Source: Candidatus Micrarchaeia archaeon
GTDB lineage: Archaea; Micrarchaeota; Micrarchaeia; Micrarchaeales; CABMGC01
NCBI GenBank assembly: GCA_049966395.1
Contig: JBMFUT010000002.1
Span: 1 to 64,000, forward strand
Direction: 5' to 3'
DNA length: 64,000 nucleotides
The notes under the pieces were generated by a model. It saw only the letters and a list, made by a program, of their open reading frames with translations, was not told the origin of the DNA and ran no database searches. Positions 56,904 to 64,000 of this stretch are shown here, one piece after another. Position numbers and translations under genes: made by a program. Every line of letters starts with the position of its first letter. The stretch's first letter is position 1.

Positions 56904-57482
56904 ATGAGAACCTTAAAAGCGCAAAGCGCAATGGAATACCTAATGACATACGGTTGGGCTATACTTATAATAGCCGTAGTGCTAGGGGCATTGTTCTCTT
57001 TGGGGGTGTTCAGCACCGCCTCTTTAGTTGGCACAACTTGCGTTGCAAGCTCTGGATACCTTTGCAGCAATCCCATATTGCACGGTGGCTATTTCAACGT
57101 TACCATAGGCCAGGCTACCGGCACAGGCTGGTATAGTGCAATTGTATGCTTTGCGCCAGCCAACAGCACTGCCTCATTCTCATCGATGTCGGCGCCAAGT
57201 GGCAATACTATTTCATTTTCTTCGATTCAGCTTTCTACTACTACAACTACCACTACCATCCCGCCACAGTTAAGTACGGTGAGCTGCCCGAGCGGTACGA
57301 TAGCAGGCTTTGCAGCCCCACAGGCAATTGCGAGCGGGCAGCAGGTAAGCGCGTCTTTCAACGGCCTGCCAAGCACCGTAGGGGCAACAACATCAGGGGC
57401 GATATGGGCGGTATACCAAACTACAAGCTCAAGCCCTGTGTATGCAACTCAGATAGCAGTAGTTACACTCAAGGCGGTGTAA
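56904..57482 (+). CDS. Type IV pilin-like protein, copy 1
   Basis: Class III signal peptide MRTLKA|QSAMEY (Q+1, E+5) plus a hydrophobic helix. Confidence 0.9.
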   Translation: MRTLKAQSAMEYLMTYGWAILIIAVVLGALFSLGVFSTASLVGTTCVASSGYLCSNPILHGGYFNVTIGQATGTGWYSAIVCFAPANSTASFSSMSAPSGNTISFSSIQLSTTTTTTTIPPQLSTVSCPSGTIAGFAAPQAIASGQQVSASFNGLPSTVGATTSGAIWAVYQTTSSSPVYATQIAVVTLKAV

Positions 57483-57540
57483 ATTCTTTTTCGTTTTTTG
57501 ATCATTACTTATGTACATTCTGCCCACAAAGTGCAATGGC

Positions 57541-58395
57541 AAGGTTTAAATAGGTTTTATTTGCAGTATTACCAGGAAAGTGGTTAGTATGAGAACCTTA
57601 AAAGCGCAAAGCGCAATGGAATACCTAATGACATACGGTTGGGCTATACTTATAATAGCCGTAGTGCTAGGGGCATTGTTCAGCCTCGGCGTCTTCAGCG
57701 GTGCTTCACTGTTGGGAACAACATGCATCGCTAGCAGCGGATACCTGTGCAGCGGGCTTATATGGTCGCACACAAATGGATTGCAGTTCACATTCGGCCA
57801 GAGCACTGGCGTGAACTGGGCAGGAGCCAATATTTTCTATGTACCTTCGGGCACCGCCGCGCCAAGTTCAGTACCAAGCACTTGCGTTCAGTCACTTGGA
57901 AGCTTTAACAGTGGTCAGTCAACTCCAGTAACTCTAACAGGCAGTTGCTATGGCACTACTGTATCTGGATTATCTTCAGTAGGTGCAACAACGGCAGGTG
58001 CATTGTGGGCAGAGTACCAGACAGCGGCCGGCGGAACACAATACTTTACCCAAGTCGCAACCCTAACTGCAAAAGCAAGCTAATCTGCTGAATTTCTTTT
58101 ATTTTTTCTTTCTATTTTTCTGTTTTTTTGGTGTTTAGCATCAACTTTATTACTGTATATTTGCTTTGCAAAGTGCAATAGTAAGGTTTAAATAGGTTTT
58201 ATTTGCAGTATTACCAGGAAAGTGGTTAGTATGAGAACCTTAAAAGCGCAAAGCGCAATGGAATACCTAATGACATACGGTTGGGCTATACTTATAATAG
58301 CCGTAGTGCTAGGGGCATTGTTCAGCCTCGGCGTCTTCAGCGGTGCTTCACTGTTGGGAACAACATGCATCGCTAGCAGCGGATACCTGTGCAGC
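57541..58395 (+). repeat. 213-bp perfect direct repeat (57541-57753 and 58183-58395); a 105-bp core is also at 56892-56996
   Basis: Base-by-base comparison covering the promoter region, start codon and N-terminal pilin codons. Confidence 0.95.
57589..58083 (+). CDS. Type IV pilin-like protein, copy 2
   Basis: Same class III signal peptide; divergent globular part. Confidence 0.9.
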   Translation: MRTLKAQSAMEYLMTYGWAILIIAVVLGALFSLGVFSGASLLGTTCIASSGYLCSGLIWSHTNGLQFTFGQSTGVNWAGANIFYVPSGTAAPSSVPSTCVQSLGSFNSGQSTPVTLTGSCYGTTVSGLSSVGATTAGALWAEYQTAAGGTQYFTQVATLTAKAS

Positions 58396-58757
58396 AGCCC
58401 TATATTACACGGTGGTACTCTAACTGCAACAGTAGGTCAAGCAACTGGAGCCACATGGAGTGCAGCTACTCTCTGCTTGGTAGGCAGTGGTGTGGTACCG
58501 ACAACATCATGCACAAATGTTCCTGGCGCAAATGTCATAGTTAGCGGAGGACTAGTGTCAGGGCAGACAGCAACACCTCAATTTACTGCATATGTAAATT
58601 CTGCTGGTGGAGCAACTTCTCTGCCTAGCTCTGTAGGCTCCACATTCTCAGGCTACATATACGCAGTCTACACAGTCGGTAGTCAAAGCGGCCTTATGAC
58701 ACAGATAGCAACTATCACTGCAAAAGCAAGCTAATCTGCTGAATTTCTTTTATTTTT
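58066..58757 (+). repeat. 41-bp perfect direct repeat over the pilin 2 and 3 stop codons and T-rich terminators (58066-58106, 58717-58757)
   Basis: ACTGCAAAAGCAAGCTAATCTGCTGAATTTCTTTTATTTTT at both sites. Confidence 0.93.
58231..58734 (+). CDS. Type IV pilin-like protein, copy 3
   Basis: Same class III signal peptide; divergent globular part. Confidence 0.9.
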   Translation: MRTLKAQSAMEYLMTYGWAILIIAVVLGALFSLGVFSGASLLGTTCIASSGYLCSSPILHGGTLTATVGQATGATWSAATLCLVGSGVVPTTSCTNVPGANVIVSGGLVSGQTATPQFTAYVNSAGGATSLPSSVGSTFSGYIYAVYTVGSQSGLMTQIATITAKAS

Positions 58758-58783
58758 ATTCTATTTTTCTGTTTTTGTTAGGA

Positions 58784-59713
58784 TTAGCCTTCGCTCTTCT
58801 TTGCCTCTTCAATCATCTCCAGCGCTTCAATAAGCTCGTTGGCGCTTAGAAGCGGTTTCCTGAGCCTTTCATCGTCATCAGTGACCAGCCTGGGACAAGC
58901 AGTGTTGACGAAGGCATCGATTTCCATCATGTTGTTCAAGGAGTCGAAGTCGAAAGTGTTCGAAACCAGCAAGGCCGCCCGGAGCCCAGCCTTTTCTATC
59001 CTTTCCTTTATGATCTTGGCAAGCGCCATGTTGTACTGGCCGTTCTTCGTGCTAACCAATATTCCGAAACTCTTTGCATACATCGCGCTCAATATTCTGC
59101 CTTTTGACCTCTTTTTGTAGGCCTCTCTATAGCTATCTATAAACTCTACCTTTTTCGCAAATGGCTCTACGACAAGGAAAGGCTTGGTGGTTGCGAGAAG
59201 CGCGCCCATTGGATGGAAGAGCCCTCCGCCAAAGTAGACGAAAGCGTCAACATCTCCATCTATTCTAGCCGCGCTGCCTACGTCGCATCCGAGTATCTGG
59301 CCTTCGTGCCTCGCGAAGCCATAAGGCTTCCCTATTAAAACCTTCTTTCCGTGCTCCTCGTAGAAGCGCTTTATTTCCGGAAGCTGCTGTACATGTTGGA
59401 CAGTCGTCACTACTCCTATGGTATCGTGGCCCTCGAGCATTTTCAGCGATTCGGGAAGCAGCTCGAGGCTTGCGTCTATCCTGTATTCAACATATTCTAC
59501 GTTGAAATCGACGCGCATGAATTCAGCATGGCCGAAATGCACTAGCTTGTCCGCGCCTATGCGCCTTGCCTCGTCCAATGCCAGGTCGCACGCTCCGAAA
59601 GTCGGCGATGCCGATATCGCAACCTCGTTGCCCTCTGCTTCGAGTTTTCTTGCGTACTCAAGAGCGTGCTGCTTTAGCCCTTCAGGAAACTGCAAAAGTA
59701 TCTTCATTGCCAT
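58784..59713 (-). CDS. dph2: Diphthamide biosynthesis enzyme Dph2
   Basis: LQFPEGLK, FGACD, HFGH, GQILGC, TACPR (three Fe-S Cys). Confidence 0.95.
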   Translation of the reverse strand: MAMKILLQFPEGLKQHALEYARKLEAEGNEVAISASPTFGACDLALDEARRIGADKLVHFGHAEFMRVDFNVEYVEYRIDASLELLPESLKMLEGHDTIGVVTTVQHVQQLPEIKRFYEEHGKKVLIGKPYGFARHEGQILGCDVGSAARIDGDVDAFVYFGGGLFHPMGALLATTKPFLVVEPFAKKVEFIDSYREAYKKRSKGRILSAMYAKSFGILVSTKNGQYNMALAKIIKERIEKAGLRAALLVSNTFDFDSLNNMMEIDAFVNTACPRLVTDDDERLRKPLLSANELIEALEMIEEAKKSEG

Positions 59714-60666
59714 CACTTGAGATTCTCGTATTTAGTTGCCCTGTTCCACAGCTCGTTGAACCTTCTCTCAGCCTCGGTGTGGTTTATCCCTACAATATGC
59801 TCACTCTTTCTGTTTATTATGTTGAGCGGCGGTATCTTGTAGGCTATTGCCGAATCCATTATCATCCTCTCGTGCTGCCCCACGGCATCGGCATCATCCA
59901 TGATCCGCAATTCGAAGGCAGTGCCGCTGTTTTCGAGCTCCTTCTTGAAATCGTAATAGGCTTCAGAGAGCTCCTTGTTAAGCCTATCTCTTTTTGTAAG
60001 CACAGAAATGCTGCTGTAGTTGTTTGCATGGCCCCTCGAGATCCTGGAAAGATTTTTGAGCCCAGTGGCATCGAAGTGCGTGTCCAGTATCTTTATATCG
60101 CCATTGAGCTTTGACATGATCCTGTTTGAAAGCACTTCTATATTTGTGTAAGGTGTCTCGGGATTGACTTCAAAGTCCTTTGCAACCTTCTTTGGAGCTT
60201 TCCTCTCAGAAGTGGCAATGACGTAAATGCCCGCGACCACGCCTATGGCCGCGCCTACATAAGAGGATTCGAATATGTTTGCGGGCTCACTGAAGCTCAG
60301 GCTGAATTCAAGTATTGCCACAAGCACAGCTGCGACTATTGCAGAGAGCATAACTACTGCGGCTACAGCCCTTATATATGTGCGCGCAAATAGCCAGAGC
60401 GCGCCTGCAGCGAGGATTATTACAGCAAATGGAATTATGGCATAAGCGACATACATGGCTATGCTGAGCGATTGCATGCCTGCTATCGCAGCTATAGTGG
60501 AATTTGAAGCCTTTATACCGTATGCACTTATCGCACCGCTCAGCCCTCCGGCAAAGCCGATGGAGTATGATATCCTGGTTATGAGAAAGAGCGCCCTGAA
60601 GGACAGCATCACACCGGATATCAGTGCAAGTATAGCACCTATGTACAGGCTCCTTTGCGTTGGCAT
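59713..60666 (-). CDS. Four-TM membrane protein with a C-terminal PLD-like (HxR-x4-D) domain
   Basis: Four hydrophobic helices, then IKILDTHF...HERMIMD...FNELW. Confidence 0.55.
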   Translation of the reverse strand: MPTQRSLYIGAILALISGVMLSFRALFLITRISYSIGFAGGLSGAISAYGIKASNSTIAAIAGMQSLSIAMYVAYAIIPFAVIILAAGALWLFARTYIRAVAAVVMLSAIVAAVLVAILEFSLSFSEPANIFESSYVGAAIGVVAGIYVIATSERKAPKKVAKDFEVNPETPYTNIEVLSNRIMSKLNGDIKILDTHFDATGLKNLSRISRGHANNYSSISVLTKRDRLNKELSEAYYDFKKELENSGTAFELRIMDDADAVGQHERMIMDSAIAYKIPPLNIINRKSEHIVGINHTEAERRFNELWNRATKYENLK

Positions 60667-60701
60667 CAAATCCTAAATAATAATGCAAGAAAAAGTATAA
60701 A

Positions 60702-61271
60702 TTAGGCGGCTTCGACAGCAGCAGCGCCCTGAGCTTTGGCGCTTGCATTGCCAAGATCCTGCCTAATTATCTTGTATAATCCTGAAAGCTTTGATTTTGA
60801 CCTCCTCAGCGCTTCGTAGCCTATTTCTTTCTTTTCTGAAGGTATCTTCACTTCAAACAGCGCCTGGCCCCTGCTGACTCTTGCCGCTACAGCCGTAGGC
60901 TTTCCGAATGCGAGGGTCATTCCCTGCGAAATTCTGTCTGCACCGGCCCCGGTAGCCATTCTCTTTTCCCTAAGCACGTTGTGAGGATATGTGAGCACTC
61001 TGAAGAAGTAATTGCCAGGAATCTCCCTTTCCAAATACTTGTTGGCTGCCTGTCTTGCGGCTTCTATAGCATTGCTCCTGAGCTGCACGTCGTTTTCAGC
61101 CTCAAGTATAAGCTTCATGCCGTAATCTGGCTTGTCAACACCCATCTTGAATATAAGCAGGCTAGTGTGTGGCAGCGCTTTTATGTAGTTCTTCCTGGGC
61201 TTCCTAAGCGAGTACCTCGCCCATGCCTGGCTGTTTATCTTTCTAGTAGCTCTTGCAGGTCTAAGTCTCAT
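60702..61271 (-). CDS. rpl10e: Ribosomal protein uL16 (L10e)
   Basis: RPAR, AIEAAR..ANKYL, YPH.VLRE...GAGADRISQGM..AFGKP. Confidence 0.97.
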   Translation of the reverse strand: MRLRPARATRKINSQAWARYSLRKPRKNYIKALPHTSLLIFKMGVDKPDYGMKLILEAENDVQLRSNAIEAARQAANKYLEREIPGNYFFRVLTYPHNVLREKRMATGAGADRISQGMTLAFGKPTAVAARVSRGQALFEVKIPSEKKEIGYEALRRSKSKLSGLYKIIRQDLGNASAKAQGAAAVEAA

Positions 61272-61472
61272 TTAAACACCGTAAGATGCAAGCACAGCTG
61301 ACCTGTGCAAGCACTCTATTATTGGGTGCAAAAGCTATATAATGATTTCTATTAAGCGCGCATTTTTCTTCTCTCTTCAGTCGCAGGGCTCGCCGTCATT
61401 GTCAATCCGTTTGCGAAAGCTTTAAATATTTATTATAGTAAATATAATTTAGCAAAGTAAAAAGATGAGTAT

Positions 61473-61853
61473 ATGAATATACAAAAAGGCAAGGTATTTC
61501 TGGGTTTCGCGAGGAGCATATACCCAAAGCTCATAATACTGGTGCTCTTTGTGCTTGGCGGCGAGTACAAGGCGTCTGTGTTCTCCCTTGACATAATAGG
61601 CACGCTCAACTACGTTCAGGCGCTGCTCATGCACATAGGTCCTATGCTGAGCGCAGTGCTTTTCATAGTGGCAGGCATATTCTACGCGCTTGGCCAGATG
61701 CTGCCTCCGGACAAGAAGGCAAACTTCCACACCGCTTCCATAAACATAATAATAGGCGCAGTTATAGTCGCTGTACTCTCTGTAGCTTCAAATGGGCTTG
61801 CAATAGCCTCAACGCACCTGCTTTCGAATCTCACCATAAACATGACAAAGTGA
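61473..61853 (+). CDS. VirB2/TrbC/CedA1-like conjugative-type pilin candidate
   Basis: Leader plus two hydrophobic helices separated by a short basic loop (IVAGIFYALG..PPDKKA..IIIGAVIVAV). Confidence 0.6.
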   Translation: MNIQKGKVFLGFARSIYPKLIILVLFVLGGEYKASVFSLDIIGTLNYVQALLMHIGPMLSAVLFIVAGIFYALGQMLPPDKKANFHTASINIIIGAVIVAVLSVASNGLAIASTHLLSNLTINMTK

Positions 61854-61857
61854 ATAG

Positions 61858-62922
61858 ATGGATTACCAGCAGTTGCCCTTTGGCATTTACGGCTTCGGCA
61901 TGGCAACTCTAATTATAGCCATAATGCTTTCAATAAGCGGGATAGTACTAGGTATAGGCTACGCCTTAGATGACAAGCGGCTCAAGGAATTTGGGAGAAG
62001 CGAGATATACCAGTCGATAATAAACGCCGCAATGGTAGGCGGTCTCTTGGCGCTTTTCGCCAGCAACGGTATAATTACATCATTTATGAACAACATAACA
62101 TACTCATCAAGCAGCAGCTTCTCATGCCCCGAGTTCATGTCGAACAACGCTGCGCTGTGTTTTGCGTATAATTACCTTGCTGGAAGCTCCCCTTACACTT
62201 TCATGGGATCGCAGCACTCGTCGCTTCTTTCTACTATCTCGGGCATGCTTTTCGCGCTGATAGGCCTTGCAATAGTGCTTGGCATAATAGCAGGCATAAG
62301 AATAGACCTTCTTGTGGCTTCATTTTCGTTCAGCAATGTGCTGAACCCTTTCCTTTCCGAACTGCAGCACATAATAACAATCACTGCCGCAGCGTTTGTC
62401 GGAATATCAGTCCAAGCATCTGTGCTCTCGTTCGTGGCGCTTACTGCGACGACCGTTATACTTCCTACTGGGCTAATATTGAGAAGCTTTTATCTCACTA
62501 GGCGAGTAGGAGGCTTCTTCATATCTTTGGCAATAGGGCTTTACGTGGTATTGCCTTTGTCATATTTACTCAATGCCTTTCTTATGAACAGCTATTCCAC
62601 AAGTATCAACCAGACAAGCATAGAAAGCGTAACCAGCACAGCAAGTTCATTCAGCGGAAGCCTAGACGGCATATCTAGCTACAACTCTACCAACGAAACT
62701 TCAAATGGCGGTATTGTTGGCATGATAACTGGGGGAATAAGCTCTGTAGCAAACTCTGTCAGCGGCATTTTCAGTTCGCTGCTTGCCTTTGTCTCTGGCT
62801 TGGTAATGCAGGTTTTCATACTGCCTGCATTTAGCCTGGCAATAACATACATATCCATAAGGGAGCTTGCCAGAGCGTTAGGCTCAGAGGCGGCGTTTGG
62901 CGGTCTTATAAAGATGGTATGA
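61858..62922 (+). CDS. Polytopic membrane protein, CedA/VirB6-like
   Basis: 6-7 TM helices; LKEFGRSEIYQSIINA and GLILRSF..TRRVGGFFISLAIGLYVVLP resemble CedA segments. Confidence 0.55.
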   Translation: MDYQQLPFGIYGFGMATLIIAIMLSISGIVLGIGYALDDKRLKEFGRSEIYQSIINAAMVGGLLALFASNGIITSFMNNITYSSSSSFSCPEFMSNNAALCFAYNYLAGSSPYTFMGSQHSSLLSTISGMLFALIGLAIVLGIIAGIRIDLLVASFSFSNVLNPFLSELQHIITITAAAFVGISVQASVLSFVALTATTVILPTGLILRSFYLTRRVGGFFISLAIGLYVVLPLSYLLNAFLMNSYSTSINQTSIESVTSTASSFSGSLDGISSYNSTNETSNGGIVGMITGGISSVANSVSGIFSSLLAFVSGLVMQVFILPAFSLAITYISIRELARALGSEAAFGGLIKMV

Positions 62923-63638
62923 TGGAATTGAACGACACAAACATTTACGCGTACGCCATATACGCTTTTGCAGTGCTTTCGCTAATTTCCGCAGCGCTTT
63001 TCGGCAGCGCAACCCTGCTCCTACTGGCGCTTGTCCTTTCAGCGGCATCAGTTATTTACATGCATTCGGGCAGAATAATAAATGGCTTAATACTCAGTAG
63101 GTCCAGAGTAATAGAACTTTCAGGCGGCTATTCCTTGGATGGCAGCATGACCTCGGCAGTCAAAAGGGAAGGCGGTTCATACAAAAGCGTTTCTATAGCC
63201 GAACTTAAAATGGACAAACCCCTGCAATACAAAAGCGAGCAGTTTGCCGAAATAATAGAGAAGGCAGGAGTGCCTTTCGAATTTACCATAGGAATAAGAA
63301 AAATAAATACAAAGGCATTTACCGAGGCCCTGGAAACAAGGCGGAGGATGAAGGAAATAGCCATTTCTAACACTCCTTCTTCATCATACGAAAGGATCAG
63401 CAGGCTCAAAAGAGAGCTGTCAATGATAGAAAACGAGATAAAAAGCGTGGAAGATGGAAGCAAGCCTGTAGAAGCCTTTGCTTACTTGCGCTCCTTCGCA
63501 ACAGGCAGTGCCGCTGGCATAGCGGCGAGGGAATCCCAAGAGCAGCTTGCGCAAGTGGCCGAAATATTCAGGGCGGCGCTCGGAATAGGCTACAGCGTGT
63601 GCAAAGGCGAGGACCTTTTGCGAATAGTGGGGGATTGA
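62919..63638 (+). CDS. Membrane-anchored protein resembling the N-terminal part of a CedB/VirB4-type ATPase
   Basis: Two N-terminal TM helices and an alpha/beta domain with coiled-coil hairpin; in frame with the downstream ATPase. Confidence 0.5.
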   Translation: MMELNDTNIYAYAIYAFAVLSLISAALFGSATLLLLALVLSAASVIYMHSGRIINGLILSRSRVIELSGGYSLDGSMTSAVKREGGSYKSVSIAELKMDKPLQYKSEQFAEIIEKAGVPFEFTIGIRKINTKAFTEALETRRRMKEIAISNTPSSSYERISRLKRELSMIENEIKSVEDGSKPVEAFAYLRSFATGSAAGIAARESQEQLAQVAEIFRAALGIGYSVCKGEDLLRIVGD

Positions 63639-64000
63639 GTGCGCACATTCAGGCAGAGCTCGCGGTCTGTAAGTAATCTTTTTTTCCTTATCGGAAGCAC
63701 CGAGCCATCCAAGGCAGAAGCCGCAAAAGCATCTGACAGTTGCATATATCTTGGCAGAAGCTACATTCGTAGCATGCCGTCCTTCCTAGATCTAAGCGCG
63801 TCAATGAACCCTCACATATTCATATTTGGAATGACTGGCAGCGGGAAAAGCTACCTTATGAAGAGCCTGATAATGATGCTCTCTGTGGTTTCAGATGCGC
63901 TTGTCCTGGTAATAGATATAACTGGGGAGTACGCCGAATTTGGGGATTTTGCCGTGAATGTGGAATCTACAGCGCAGCTGCCTGAAGCGCTTCGCGGATG
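63639..64000 (+). CDS. HerA/VirB4/CedB-like P-loop ATPase, runs off the window edge; not in ORF track
   Basis: Manual translation from GTG 63639: IYLGRS...FLDL...MNPHIFIFGMTGSGKS...LVIDITGEY. Confidence 0.88.
   Translation, partial: MRTFRQSSRSVSNLFFLIGSTEPSKAEAAKASDSCIYLGRSYIRSMPSFLDLSASMNPHIFIFGMTGSGKSYLMKSLIMMLSVVSDALVLVIDITGEYAEFGDFAVNVESTAQLPEALRG

Noticed and set aside
56892..58757. Pilin repeats as a CRISPR array or as diversity-generating retroelement TR/VR pairs
   Set aside because: The repeats are 41-213 bp and largely coding, the differences are not adenine-specific, and no cas or reverse transcriptase gene is in the window.
61292..61308. GCACAG/CTGTGC hairpin upstream of rpl10e
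   Set aside because: A 6-bp stem alone is too weak to call a regulatory leader.
63636..63638. TGA read as selenocysteine or genome-wide TGA reassignment
   Set aside because: TGA ends many conserved genes here at their expected positions (tfb, EF-2, trpS) and aRF1 motifs are canonical.
1..64000. Many long antisense or alternate-frame ORFs (e.g. 25293-26051, 19876-20514, 42429-43118, 38227-38811)
   Set aside because: They are shadows of well-supported genes and carry no recognisable motifs.

Overview
This is archaeal chromosomal DNA, most likely from a DPANN organism of the Micrarchaeota type. That assignment is inferred from gene content and style: archaeal TFB, histone, Rpo6, eL30/uS12/uS7/EF-2/eL8/eS28/eL24, Dph2, KAQSAMEY-type pilins, a euryarchaeal-style S-layer protein, and a P3A H+-ATPase suggesting an acidophile. 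Most of the window is housekeeping: five aminoacyl-tRNA synthetases (Thr, Arg, Ser, Trp, Gly), aRF1, lipid enzymes (mevalonate kinase, geranylgeranyl reductase) and glycosyltransferases. Reading the DNA adds features missing from the ORF track: Sec61-beta, Rpo6, eL24, a truncated HerA/VirB4-type ATPase at the right edge, three tRNAs (one with an intron) and a compact RNase P RNA. Most notable: (1) a Ced/T4SS-like operon (VirB2/CedA1-like pilin, CedA-like channel, apparently split CedB/VirB4-like ATPase); (2) three tandem type IV pilin genes with nucleotide-identical 5' (and, for two, 3') blocks around divergent mosaic cores, suggesting gene conversion or cassette exchange; (3) substitutions at near-invariant translation-machinery positions (EF-2 P-loop and switch I, uS12 PNSA loop, tRNA-Gly C33); (4) a type-M-like reduced RNase P RNA; (5) orphan proteins ending in HbYX-like tails. 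No CRISPR array, rRNA, integrase or intact transposase was seen. All family assignments come from motif recognition by eye, not database searches.
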